DNA of 63,103 nt from positions 1 through 63,103 of the forward strand of contig CAXXGJ010000022.1 in assembly GCA_963677895.2 (NCBI GenBank), read 5' to 3'. The notes beneath the pieces were generated by a model that was not told the origin of the DNA, made no database searches, and saw nothing but the letters and a program-made list of their open reading frames with translations. A program made the position numbers and the translations under genes. This DNA is from Treponemataceae bacterium. Lineage in GTDB: Bacteria > Spirochaetota > Spirochaetia > Treponematales > Rectinemataceae. Below, piece by piece: positions 22,299-32,090 of the stretch (positions are counted from its first letter, which is position 1; each line of letters opens with the position of its first letter).

Positions 22299-23465
22299 TC
22301 AAGCGGTATGGACGAACTTGCCCTTGACCATGTTTATTATGACAGAGAAATCTCGCGAAAGGATAGCCAAATCGGCAAAAAATCCGGGGCTTATCTCGCC
22401 GCGCTTGGGCAGCTTGAGGATGCGGGCCGGGTTGGAGGAAGCCATCTTCACGGCTACCTCGAGAGGAATGCCGAACTGGACGAGGTTGCTGAGCCCGCTC
22501 AGCATGGTGAGCGAGCTGCCCGCGATGACATCGTCGCATTTTCTATAGAAAAGCTTGTCGCTCAGGTACACGATCTCATGGTTCGCCATGAAAGGCCCCT
22601 CTGCCTGCTCGGTCGGCTTGAGCGCGTCGGTGACGAGGACGATATTGGTATCGGGCTTGTCCCGTACGAGAAGGCGGATGAGATCGGGGTGGACGTGCTT
22701 GCCGTCGGCGATGATCTCGCAGGAAAGGTCGGGTTGGATGAGTATGGCGCCCACGGCGTTGGGGTTGCGGTGGTCGAGCCTGCTCATGGCATTGAAAAAG
22801 TGCGTCGAATGGCGGATGCCGGCCTGCATGCCTTCCAGCATGTTTTCATAGCTGGCATCGGTGTGGCCGGCCTGGAGGACAATGCCGACCTTGTTGCAGT
22901 AGAGGGCCAGCTCGCGCATGCCTTTCAGCTCGGGGGCCACGGTCATGTTGATGATGTGCCCCTCGCTAGCGCCATACAGCCTGTGCATGAGGTCGAGATC
23001 GACGGAACGCACGAATTCCGGGCGCTGGACGCCCAGTCTCGCCGAGGAAATGAAAGGGCCTTCCATATGGACGCCCAGGATGGTGGCGCCTTTTTCGAGC
23101 CCCATCGCGGCCACGATGGAACGTATGCCTTTCGTCATGTCCTCTTCCGACATGGGATAGAGAGTGGGACAGAAGGCGGTGACGCCGAACGCCGCCAGTT
23201 TCTCTGACATCATGAGAATGGAATCGGTGGAAAGGTCTTCGGTGCCGTATCCGGCAAAACCGTGGATATGCGAATCGATAAGCCCCGGCACGAGATAGGC
23301 GCCATCGGCGTCAATGATGGTATCCTGCGCGGAAAAATGTTTCTGGAGAAAACGGCGTTCCGAAAAAACATCGACGATGATCTCGTCTTCGATGAGAACG
23401 GCACTCTCGGGCATCTGGGCGTAGCCGGCGACTACGGTGGCATTGTGGATGCAGATAGATGGCAT
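22299..23465 (-). CDS. nagA: N-acetylglucosamine-6-phosphate deacetylase
   Basis: PGLIDSHIHG, HMEGPF, GHTDA, THFFNAM, DGKHV and IAGS. Confidence 0.95.
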   Translation of the reverse strand: MPSICIHNATVVAGYAQMPESAVLIEDEIIVDVFSERRFLQKHFSAQDTIIDADGAYLVPGLIDSHIHGFAGYGTEDLSTDSILMMSEKLAAFGVTAFCPTLYPMSEEDMTKGIRSIVAAMGLEKGATILGVHMEGPFISSARLGVQRPEFVRSVDLDLMHRLYGASEGHIINMTVAPELKGMRELALYCNKVGIVLQAGHTDASYENMLEGMQAGIRHSTHFFNAMSRLDHRNPNAVGAILIQPDLSCEIIADGKHVHPDLIRLLVRDKPDTNIVLVTDALKPTEQAEGPFMANHEIVYLSDKLFYRKCDDVIAGSSLTMLSGLSNLVQFGIPLEVAVKMASSNPARILKLPKRGEISPGFFADLAILSRDFSVIINMVKGKFVHTA

Positions 23466-23516
23466 ATTACTCCCCGCGTTTTTCGCTTAGCATATAATAA
23501 GCATAAATGAGGATAT

Positions 23517-23549
23517 AAAAAAAGCGCCGGAGCTCAATGCCCCGGCGCT
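23517..23549 (-). terminator. Intrinsic terminator downstream of the TPR-like gene
   Basis: AAGCGCCGG/CCGGCGCTT stem with an adjacent A-run, which is a U-tail on the minus strand. Confidence 0.7.
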
Positions 23550-23576
23550 TCAGCGATTTTGGGAACGTATGGAACG

Positions 23577-25148
23577 TTATTCCGTGGCGCCCGATGTTGC
23601 GTCAGCCTCGGTGGTTCCGCCCTCGGCCGGCGCGACGGTGGTGGTCGTCGTGGCCGCGGCATCGGCAGGGGCGACGGTCGCATCGGCTGGCACGGTCGTC
23701 GCGGTTGCCGTGGCCTCGGTCGCCGGAGCCGCGGTCGCGGGAGCCGCGCTCTGCTGGGCCTGGGCGGCCTTGAGCGCCTCGGTCCACTGCGTCTTCAGCT
23801 CCGCGATCATTCCGAAGACTTCATTGCCTTCCGGATAGGATTTCTTGAAATATTCCTCGGCTTTTTCCAGATCGGTGAGCGCCAAGGTTATGGATTCCGG
23901 GGTCTGCGCCGTCTCGCCGGAAAGCAGGGCCTTGTAGAAATGGAGCGCGGCCAAGGCTTCATCGCCCTCCGCCTTCGCTATCGAGCGCTCCAGATACTTG
24001 AAACCGGACTCGGAATCATTGACGGAGAGCCAGGTCGAAAGAACGGAGCGAATGACATCGGGATTGCCGGGGAAAGCCGCGGTCACGGCATCGGCCGCGG
24101 CATCGGCCGCCACGGCGTCTCCAAGCTGCACCGCCACGACATGACGGATCAGGCCCGGAATGTACTCCGAAGGGAAACTCAGTTCGAAACCAGTCACATA
24201 CTTTTCGAGCGTCACCTTATCCGACGATGCCAGCCCCGCCTTGATGGCTTGGACATAGGCATTGTTCAGCTCGGTGGGGTCTACGGCCACGGCTATCACC
24301 TTGTCCACCAGGGGATATATCTCGGCGTAACGTCCCGTGGAGAAGTAAATCTCGGCCAGCCTAAGGCTGAGGAGATGGTTATCCGGCTCGATGGCCAGAA
24401 GCTTGCCGAGCACCGACTCGGCCGCCTCGAAGCGCTGAAGAGCCACAAGTATCGCGGAATGCCTGTCCAGGCTCTGGACCGTGAAGGTGTCGTAGGCCAG
24501 GGCGCGTTCGTAATTCTCGGCGCACTTGGCGAGTATCTCCTCGTCGGGCTGAAGCCACTGGCCTTGATAATTAGTCCAGACCGTGTGATAGAAATCGCCC
24601 AGCATCATCGAAAGGACGGGGGGAATCGCTTCGCCCTTGTCCTCGATGGCCTTGGCCAGGTCTCCGGGGTTGAATTCGACGGGATCGCTTATATCCACGC
24701 CGCCGGAGCGGGCAAATTCGAGGTCCTGGCCTTCGGCGAGATCGACGAATCCGAATACAAGGTGAAGCGTGTTCTGGGCATAGCCGTCGAGAGCGAGCCG
24801 GATCTTTTCGGCCAGGATAAAGGCATTGGCGTTCGCCGTGTCGTATTCCGACAGCAGCGCCCAAGCGGAATGCCATTTCCCCTGGGTAGCCAGTTCTTCG
24901 GCCTTGGCGATGATCTCGCGATCGGCCGCTACGGCGTCAGCGAAGAAACTGGCGGCCGGGGTCGAAGCCGGGGCGACGGGCTCCGCAGCCGGAACGACGG
25001 GGATTGAAGCCTGGGCGGCCGGTTCCGAAGCCGGGGCTACGGGTTCCTGCGTCTGCGCAAAAAGAAGGCCGGAAGCGGCGAACAGCAGGATCAGCGCCGC
25101 GGCCACTCTGGCCGCAGGCTTTATTTTTCGTATAGAGGATGATTTCAT
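23577..25148 (-). CDS. Exported helical-repeat (TPR-like) protein with Ala/Thr/Pro low-complexity ends
   Basis: Signal peptide ending LLFA-Q, TPR-like segments (LGKLLAIEPDN, LEKAEEYFKKS) and an Ala/Thr-rich tail. Confidence 0.7.
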   Translation of the reverse strand: MKSSSIRKIKPAARVAAALILLFAASGLLFAQTQEPVAPASEPAAQASIPVVPAAEPVAPASTPAASFFADAVAADREIIAKAEELATQGKWHSAWALLSEYDTANANAFILAEKIRLALDGYAQNTLHLVFGFVDLAEGQDLEFARSGGVDISDPVEFNPGDLAKAIEDKGEAIPPVLSMMLGDFYHTVWTNYQGQWLQPDEEILAKCAENYERALAYDTFTVQSLDRHSAILVALQRFEAAESVLGKLLAIEPDNHLLSLRLAEIYFSTGRYAEIYPLVDKVIAVAVDPTELNNAYVQAIKAGLASSDKVTLEKYVTGFELSFPSEYIPGLIRHVVAVQLGDAVAADAAADAVTAAFPGNPDVIRSVLSTWLSVNDSESGFKYLERSIAKAEGDEALAALHFYKALLSGETAQTPESITLALTDLEKAEEYFKKSYPEGNEVFGMIAELKTQWTEALKAAQAQQSAAPATAAPATEATATATTVPADATVAPADAAATTTTTVAPAEGGTTEADATSGATE

Positions 25149-25321
25149 TCTCTCTCCTTGAAATACGCTCGACCGCCTGATCCGGCGGCGCTGAGGACAA
25201 TATCGGACAAATATACCATGGCGGGCAGGCTTTGGCATACTGTCTATTGAACAAACCCAGACTAGTTTTGTATCATGCGTCAGCGCGATTTAAGCAATAT
25301 TTTCTGCGCGAAAGAAGCAGC

Positions 25322-25984
25322 ATGAGCACACCTATCTGGGATACTACCCTGATGCGCCGCATCAGCGCGCTGGACATGATATACGCGCGCGTCGAACGCG
25401 CCCAATCCGAATTCAGAAAAACCGCCGAGGACAAGGGCTCGCCGATCTCCTGCCCCAGTCTCTGCGGAACATGCTGCCTCCATTTCGTCCCCGACGTGAC
25501 GCCTATCGAGGCGGATCGGCTCGCCTATTACCTTCTTACCGAAAAACAAGAAATGATCGACCATTTCATGGCACACAGAAAGGAAGCCGCGGTTATGGAC
25601 GCGGCCTGCCCCTTCTGGGACGCCGACAAGCCCGGGCACAACTGCATGATCTACCCGGCCAGACCCCTCATCTGCCGCCTCTTCGGATTCTGCTCGGTGC
25701 TGGACAAATGCGGAGAACCCGCCTTCGCGCTGTGTCGGCAGATGCCCGACATCGCCGGCAACGATAAAAGGCGATTTGTCGGAGTGACGATGATGGAGCA
25801 GGAATTCGGCGCCATCCCTCCCCTCATGGTCGATTTTTCGCGGGCCATCGCCGCGCTCGACCCCAGCGACGCGGGAGAAAGGACGACGATCGACGAAGCC
25901 CTCCTGCCGGCGTTCTCAAGGGTTTCCCTCGTGCTGCGGCTCGCGGCGGACTCCTCCGAAGATCTGTCGGCATTGCCTGCTTGA
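25322..25984 (+). CDS. YkgJ family cysteine-cluster protein
   Basis: CPSLCGTCC, CPFW and CMIYPARPLICRLFG. Confidence 0.88.
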   Translation: MSTPIWDTTLMRRISALDMIYARVERAQSEFRKTAEDKGSPISCPSLCGTCCLHFVPDVTPIEADRLAYYLLTEKQEMIDHFMAHRKEAAVMDAACPFWDADKPGHNCMIYPARPLICRLFGFCSVLDKCGEPAFALCRQMPDIAGNDKRRFVGVTMMEQEFGAIPPLMVDFSRAIAALDPSDAGERTTIDEALLPAFSRVSLVLRLAADSSEDLSALPA

Positions 25985-26034
25985 AAAAATGGCGGGCAGG
26001 TTATACGGTATAGCTGGCCCAAAGCCGAAGAACA

Positions 26035-26679
26035 ATGAAGAAATACATCGTCCTGGCCGGCAATATCGGAGCCGGCAAATCCACCCTCGTCAGCCTTCTG
26101 GCCGACAAGCTCGACTTCATGCCCTATTTCGAACCCGTCGCGGAGAATCCCTTCCTGAAGGACTTCTATGGCGACATGAAGCGCTGGGCTTTCCATTCGC
26201 AGATCTTTTTCCTCACGAGCAGGGCCAAGGGGCACAGGGAACTCGTCAGCGACCCGCGCTCGGTGGTGCAGGACAGATCCCTCTACGAGGACGCCGAAGT
26301 CTTCGCGAAAAACCTCTTTCTGCAGGGAGCCCTCAGCGACCAGGAGTGGGCGACCTATCGCGAACTCTACCGCACGCTGGCCGCCATCCTTCCGCCCCCC
26401 GACCTCGTCATCTACATCAGGGCATCGGTCAAGACGCTGAAATCCAGGATAGCCAAGCGCGGCAGGGATTTCGAAGCCAAAATACCGGATTCCTACCTGC
26501 AGGGACTCAATACGCTCTACGAAGAATGGATACAGTCGTTCACCCTCGCTCCCGTTCTCTCCGTGCCGGGCGACAGGCTCGATTTCGTGGAGGATTCCCA
26601 TGATCTCGAGGCCATCGTCTCCACGGTGAGAAGGCGCCTCCAGGACAAGCAGACCATGCTCTTTCCCTACGAAATGTAG
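26035..26679 (+). CDS. Deoxynucleoside kinase
   Basis: GNIGAGKST, QDRSLYED and RIAKRGRDFE. Confidence 0.93.
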   Translation: MKKYIVLAGNIGAGKSTLVSLLADKLDFMPYFEPVAENPFLKDFYGDMKRWAFHSQIFFLTSRAKGHRELVSDPRSVVQDRSLYEDAEVFAKNLFLQGALSDQEWATYRELYRTLAAILPPPDLVIYIRASVKTLKSRIAKRGRDFEAKIPDSYLQGLNTLYEEWIQSFTLAPVLSVPGDRLDFVEDSHDLEAIVSTVRRRLQDKQTMLFPYEM

Positions 26680-26765
26680 GGAAGGAGAGGAAGGATTTGC
26701 CGCCGCGAAAATTCAGCGCTATGTTATAGGAAGAAAAATTAAATCCAATATCAGGAGGACCATCC

Positions 26766-27296
26766 ATGGCCAAAATAACGCATAAAGGCAACCCGATTTC
26801 CACGATTGGAGCCCTGCCCGCCCTTGGGAGCAAGGCGCCCGACTTTCTTCTCACGAAAAGAGACCTGAGCGACGCGACTCTCGCGGATTTCGCGGGAATG
26901 GTAAAAATACTGAATATAGTGCCCAGCCTCGACACCGGCGTCTGCGCCGCGAGCGCCAGGGCTTTTAACAAAGCCGCCGATGGCCTGGGCGGCGCCGTCG
27001 TGCTCACCATCAGCCGCGACCTGCCCTTCGCGCAGAGCAGGTTCTGCGAAGCCGAAGGCATCAAGGCCGTCGTGCCCCTCTCGGAACTCCGGAATCGGAA
27101 TTTCGGAAAGGACTATGGCGTCGCCATCCTCGATGGATTGCTGGCCGGCCTCCTATCCCGCGCCGTCGTCGTCCTCGATAAGGACGATAAAGTCGTCTAC
27201 ACCCAGCAGGTACCGGAAATCGGCCAGGAGCCGGACTACAAGAGCGCTCTCGAAGCGGCGAAAAAGCTACTTGCCGCGAATAAAGGGAATATTTGA
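26766..27296 (+). CDS. tpx: Thiol peroxidase
   Basis: VPSLDTGVC, ISRDLPFAQSRFC and EPDY. Confidence 0.95.
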   Translation: MAKITHKGNPISTIGALPALGSKAPDFLLTKRDLSDATLADFAGMVKILNIVPSLDTGVCAASARAFNKAADGLGGAVVLTISRDLPFAQSRFCEAEGIKAVVPLSELRNRNFGKDYGVAILDGLLAGLLSRAVVVLDKDDKVVYTQQVPEIGQEPDYKSALEAAKKLLAANKGNI

Positions 27297-28396
27297 TGAA
27301 CTATGATGCCATCATCGTCGGCGCGGGCCTGAGCGGCTCGACAGCCGCCCGCATACTGGCGGACAAGGGCAAAAAGGTACTCGTGGTGGAAAAGCACCGC
27401 CACATAGCGGGACATTGTCATGATTACCGCAACGAACATGGCATCACGGTTCACACCTACGGGCCGCATATCTTCCATACGAACAACGAGGAAGTGTGGA
27501 AATTCGTGAACCGTTTCACCGATTTCCACTATCTCCAGCACAGAGTCCTCTCCTACGCCGACGGGCAGACCATCCCCTTCCCCATCAACGCCGATACCAT
27601 CAATCAGGTCTTCGGGATCTCCATCGGCGTGGACGAGGTGCCGGCATTCCTGGCCGCCCAGGTAGCCCAGGCGACCTTCAACGACCCTCCGCGGAATTTC
27701 AGGGATGCCGTCGTTTCCCAGGTGGGCGAGCGCCTCTACTCCCTCTTCTTCGAGAAATATACCTGGAAGCAGTGGGGACGGGACCCCGCTCTCCTCTCCG
27801 CCGACATCGCCAAGCGTATACCCGTCCGGTCCAACCGGGACGGGCGCTATTTTTCAGACCGTTATCAGGGCATTCCCTCCAGGGGATACACCGCCATGGT
27901 GGACGCCATACTCGACCATCCGAACATTTCCCTTCTTCTCGGAGCGGATTGGTTCGAGATCAAGGACGACTACGCCACAAACCTGACGATATTCACGGGA
28001 GAGCTGGACCAATTCTTCGGGTACAAATACGGCAAGCTCGAATACCGGTCCCTGGACCTCGTCCTCAAGACCTTCGACGTGGAAAGCTATCAGGAAGCGC
28101 CCGTCGTGAACTATCCCAACGATTACGACTGGACGAGAATCACCGAATACAAGAAACTTCTGGATGAAAAATCGCCCCGGACGACCGTGTGCTTCGAGTA
28201 TTCCAAGGCCGAGGGCGAACCCTTCTATATCGTCATGACCGATGAAAACATGGCCAAACGGGAACGCTACATAGGCGAAGTGGAAAAGCTGGAGGCGTCC
28301 GGCACCCATCTCTTCATCGGAAGGCTCGCCCAGTACAAATACTACAATATGGACCAGGTGATCGCCGCCACCATCGAAAAGGTAAAGGGACTATGA
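27296..28396 (+). CDS. glf: UDP-galactopyranose mutase
   Basis: GAGLSG, YGPHIFHT, YTWKQWG, RYFSDRYQGIP, TRITEYK and GRLAQYKYYNMDQ. Confidence 0.96.
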   Translation: MNYDAIIVGAGLSGSTAARILADKGKKVLVVEKHRHIAGHCHDYRNEHGITVHTYGPHIFHTNNEEVWKFVNRFTDFHYLQHRVLSYADGQTIPFPINADTINQVFGISIGVDEVPAFLAAQVAQATFNDPPRNFRDAVVSQVGERLYSLFFEKYTWKQWGRDPALLSADIAKRIPVRSNRDGRYFSDRYQGIPSRGYTAMVDAILDHPNISLLLGADWFEIKDDYATNLTIFTGELDQFFGYKYGKLEYRSLDLVLKTFDVESYQEAPVVNYPNDYDWTRITEYKKLLDEKSPRTTVCFEYSKAEGEPFYIVMTDENMAKRERYIGEVEKLEASGTHLFIGRLAQYKYYNMDQVIAATIEKVKGL

Positions 28397-29607
28397 AGAA
28401 GGAAATAATCAGCGGGATATTCAACGACTCCTACCCGCCCATCACCGACGGCGTCGCGATGGTCACCAAAAGCTATGCCTTCTGGCTGAACCGCATCGCC
28501 GGACCTTCCTGCGTGGTGACGCCCGATATGCCCGACTATTTTGACCAGGAAGAGTTCCCCGTCTACCGATTTCCATCCATGCCGCTGTCGGTGAGACCCC
28601 CCTACAGATTCGGCGTCAGCCTCATCGGGGAAGCCAAGGAACGTCGCCTTCGGGGCAATTCCATCAAGGAAACCCTCCACACAAACATCTTCGGCATCCC
28701 CTTCGATATCGTCCACACCCACAGTCCTTTTTCCTCGGGTATGCTCGCCTACCGCGTCGCTCAGAAATGGAACATCCCCCTCGTCACGACCTTCCACACC
28801 AAGTACCGCGAGGATTTCATGCTTGCCATGAAGAGCAAGCTCCTGACGGACATAGCCGTGCGACAGCTCGTGGAATTCTACAAAAAAGTCGACTATGTGT
28901 GGGTACCCAGCGAGGAAACGATCGAGACGCTGAGATCCTATGGGTTCAAGGGCGATATCGAAGTCATGCCCAACGGGACCGACCTCATCGTGACCGACGA
29001 GGAACTTCCCGGCCTGCGTTCCTCGGGCGAAAAACTCTACGGAATACCCGCCGGAATTCCGATGCTGCTCTACATCGGCCAGCACATCAAGGAAAAAAAC
29101 CTAGAGATCCTGATGGACTCACTGGGAGTCCTGCACGCCAGGGGCGTCGATTTCAGGATGGTCTTCATCGGCGGCGGCTATCACGCCGACGCGCTCAAGG
29201 AAAAGGCGAAAAACCTCGGGCTCGGCGAGAAAGTGACCTTCAAGGGCATCATCCGCGACAGGGAACAGATCAAGCAGGCCTACGCACGCGCCGACCTCCT
29301 CTACTTCCCTTCGCTCTACGACACGTCCAGCCTCATCGTCAAGGAATCGGCGGGCATGCGCCGGCCTTCCCTTCTCGTTCGGGGATCGTCGACAGCCGCC
29401 GGCGTGCGCGACGGCGAAAACGGCTTCCTAGCGGGGAATTCGGCCGAAAGCATGGCCGACAAGCTGCAGGTCCTTCTCGCCGACAAGGCCCTGATGGACA
29501 AAGCCGGCCAGGGCGCTTACAAGACGCTTTACAGATCCTGGGAGAGCGTGATCGGCATGGTGGCGGAGCGCTACGAGCGGATACTCGGGGACTGGAAGGG
29601 ACGCTGA
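28393..29607 (+). CDS. GT4 family glycosyltransferase (glycolipid synthase-like)
   Basis: DSYPPITDGV, DIVHTHSPF, TFHTKY, KEKN and FPSLYDT. Confidence 0.9.
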   Translation: MKKEIISGIFNDSYPPITDGVAMVTKSYAFWLNRIAGPSCVVTPDMPDYFDQEEFPVYRFPSMPLSVRPPYRFGVSLIGEAKERRLRGNSIKETLHTNIFGIPFDIVHTHSPFSSGMLAYRVAQKWNIPLVTTFHTKYREDFMLAMKSKLLTDIAVRQLVEFYKKVDYVWVPSEETIETLRSYGFKGDIEVMPNGTDLIVTDEELPGLRSSGEKLYGIPAGIPMLLYIGQHIKEKNLEILMDSLGVLHARGVDFRMVFIGGGYHADALKEKAKNLGLGEKVTFKGIIRDREQIKQAYARADLLYFPSLYDTSSLIVKESAGMRRPSLLVRGSSTAAGVRDGENGFLAGNSAESMADKLQVLLADKALMDKAGQGAYKTLYRSWESVIGMVAERYERILGDWKGR

Positions 29608-29687
29608 ATCTTCGTTACCTAGGGGCGCCGCCAGAGCGGCAGCGCCTCTAGGCTGCGCTCCTACATTGAAGTTCCTAAACCGTGCCT

Positions 29688-30143
29688 CTAGCCCGTGACG
29701 CTGCAGGCCGCTCCGCCCGCGATGGACAGAAGCTGGGCGAAGGTCATCGGCACGCCCGTGGAATTCGTGCCCGCCGCGGGGTAGATGGTTTCCCATCGCG
29801 AGAGGCTTTCATCAATATATATTGGAATATTCTCGACGCCGAAAGGGCAGACGCCGCCAGGCCAGAAGCCGGTGAGGGCGAAGGTCTCTTCAGCGCTGGT
29901 CATCGACATTTTCTCGCCGCAAAGCCGCTTGACTTTGCCGGATGAAATCTTCTTGTCCCCTGCGCAGACGATCATGGCCGCGCGGCCGGAAGCTCCCTGA
30001 AAGAGCAGACTTTTCGCGATTTGCCCGACTTCCACCCCGATCTTCGCCGCGGCCGATTCGGCCGTGGGCGTCGATCCCTCTTCAAACTCTAGCGCCGCGA
30101 GACCGTTGGCGTCCAAAATTGCCTTAACCTTGTCTGGTATCAT
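29688..30143 (-). CDS. YbaK/EbsC family aminoacyl-tRNA deacylase
   Basis: QIAKSLLF, TGFWPGGVCPFG and PAAG. Confidence 0.92.
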   Translation of the reverse strand: MIPDKVKAILDANGLAALEFEEGSTPTAESAAAKIGVEVGQIAKSLLFQGASGRAAMIVCAGDKKISSGKVKRLCGEKMSMTSAEETFALTGFWPGGVCPFGVENIPIYIDESLSRWETIYPAAGTNSTGVPMTFAQLLSIAGGAACSVTG

Positions 30144-30151
30144 GGCTGCAC

Positions 30152-30180
30152 ATCATGCCACGACCCCGCGCGCCGGTCAA
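30152..30180 (-). promoter_or_regulatory. sigma70 promoter TTGACC-N17-CATGAT with TG extension
   Basis: -10 ends 8 nt before ATG 30143. No SD sequence is present. Confidence 0.6.
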
Positions 30181-30220
30181 TGAATAGACCTAGCTTTCGG
30201 CGGACGCGGCGCCTGGGCGG

Positions 30221-31984
30221 TCAGGACAGACCGGTGATCTTGCCGGTTTCCGTATCGATATCCATTCCCATATAGCCGGGCTTGGAAGGCAGGCCGGGCA
30301 TGGTGGTTATCTCCCCCGAAAGAGGATAGATGAAACCGGCGCCCGCGGCCAGACGGAGATCGTTGACCGGGAAGACATAGCCTTTGGGGACGCCCTTGAG
30401 GGCGGGATCGTGCGAGAGGGAATACTGCGTCTTGGCCATGCAGATAGGAAGATTCCCGTAGCCGAGCTCGCTGAACTTCTCCATCTCGGATTCGGCCTCC
30501 GGCGAATAGCTCACCCTGTCGGCGCCATAGACCTCCCTCGCGAGGGTGTCAATCTTGTCGCGGATCGGCATCTCGAGGGGATAGAGGAACTTCACCGAAG
30601 AGGGCTGGGAGGCGGCCTTTTCCACGGCGCGAGCCAGATCGGCCGCGCCCTCGCCGCCGAGTTCCCAGTTCCTCGCAAGGCAGGCGTCGGAGGCGCCGGC
30701 GGCGAGGGCGGCTTCGCGGATGAGCCCATGCTCGGCTTCCGTATCGCTCGGGAAGGCATTGATGGCGACAACGACGGGCAGACCGAAGCTCCTGATGATG
30801 CCGATATGCGCCCTGAGATTGTCGAGACCCTTGCCGAGCAGCGCGAGATCCTCATGCGTGTAGGCCGAGGCCAGAGGTTTCCCCGGGGTGACCTTGGGAC
30901 CGCCGCCATGCATTTTCAGGGCTCTCACCGTGGCCACGAGGACAACGGCGTCGGGCATCATCCCGGAAGTCCTGCATTTGATGTCGATGAATTTCTCGAA
31001 GCCCATGTCGGCGCCGAAACCAGATTCGGTGACGACATAGTCGGCCGCCCGCGCCGCCATTTGGTCGGCCAGGACGGAAGAGTTGCCATGCGCGATATTG
31101 GCGAAGGGGCCGGCGTGCACGAAGGCTAACTGTTCCTCGAGGGTCTGGAGAATGTTCGGCTTGAGGGCGTCCTTCATGAGGATGGTCATGGCGCCGGCCA
31201 CCTTCAAGTCCTCGGTGGTGACGGCCTTGCCCGACCTGTCCAAGGCCACGACGATCCTACCCATGCGCTCGCGGAGATCGGCGAGGCTCGTGGAAAGGGC
31301 GAGAATGGCCATCACCTCGCTCGATACGGCGATGTCGAACCCGGTTTCGCGCAAGGGCCCGTTTTCCAGACCGCCAATGCCAACGATGATCTTCCGAAGC
31401 GTCCTGTCGTTCATGTCCATGACGCGGCGCCACAGCACGTTGAAGGGGTCGATGTTGAGCTTGCCGAACCCCAGCTTCTCATAATAGGCGTCCGACCAGC
31501 GGCTCTCGTGATACATGCGCGCGTCGAGGGCCGTGGAACAGAGATTGTGCGCGGCGCTCACGGCGTGGATATCGCCGGTGAGATGGAGGTTGAAATCGGC
31601 CATAGGCACGATCTGGCTGTAGCCGCCGCCGGCGGCGCCGCCCTTTATGCCGAACGTGGGTCCCTGCGAGGGTTGGCGTATAGTCGCTATCGCTTTTTTC
31701 CCTATCCAGCCGAGCCCCTGGGCGAGGCCCACGGTGACGGTAGTCTTGCCCTCGCCGAGGGGAGTCGGGGTTATGGCCGTAACATCGATATATTTCGTGC
31801 GCTTGGCGGCGGCCGACCTGTCGCGGAGAAATTCCAGGCTCACCTTGGCCTTGTCGACGCTGTAATGCTCCAGGTAACGCTCATCGATGCCGTAACGCCC
31901 GGCGATCTCGGAAATAGGCTTTATGGTCGCGGCCTGGGCGATATCGATATCGCTCGGCACGGGATTGCTGCGGACTACGGACAT
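30221..31984 (-). CDS. fhs: Formate--tetrahydrofolate ligase
   Basis: TPTPLGEGKTT, GIKGGAAGGGYSQ, HAGPFANIAHG, CMAKTQYS and TMPGLP. Confidence 0.97.
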   Translation of the reverse strand: MSVVRSNPVPSDIDIAQAATIKPISEIAGRYGIDERYLEHYSVDKAKVSLEFLRDRSAAAKRTKYIDVTAITPTPLGEGKTTVTVGLAQGLGWIGKKAIATIRQPSQGPTFGIKGGAAGGGYSQIVPMADFNLHLTGDIHAVSAAHNLCSTALDARMYHESRWSDAYYEKLGFGKLNIDPFNVLWRRVMDMNDRTLRKIIVGIGGLENGPLRETGFDIAVSSEVMAILALSTSLADLRERMGRIVVALDRSGKAVTTEDLKVAGAMTILMKDALKPNILQTLEEQLAFVHAGPFANIAHGNSSVLADQMAARAADYVVTESGFGADMGFEKFIDIKCRTSGMMPDAVVLVATVRALKMHGGGPKVTPGKPLASAYTHEDLALLGKGLDNLRAHIGIIRSFGLPVVVAINAFPSDTEAEHGLIREAALAAGASDACLARNWELGGEGAADLARAVEKAASQPSSVKFLYPLEMPIRDKIDTLAREVYGADRVSYSPEAESEMEKFSELGYGNLPICMAKTQYSLSHDPALKGVPKGYVFPVNDLRLAAGAGFIYPLSGEITTMPGLPSKPGYMGMDIDTETGKITGLS

Positions 31985-32090
31985 TTTTCACCTCCAGAAG
32001 CGGATTTCCCCGAAGCATCGGCTCTTCTGCCTCATCATCGATTAGATATTACGATAAATTAATATAAGCGCCGGAAAGGGTCAACAACGA

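Noticed and set aside
31985..32090. THF or ZTP riboswitch upstream of fhs
   Set aside because: Only small hairpins are present, and the conserved aptamer motifs were not found.
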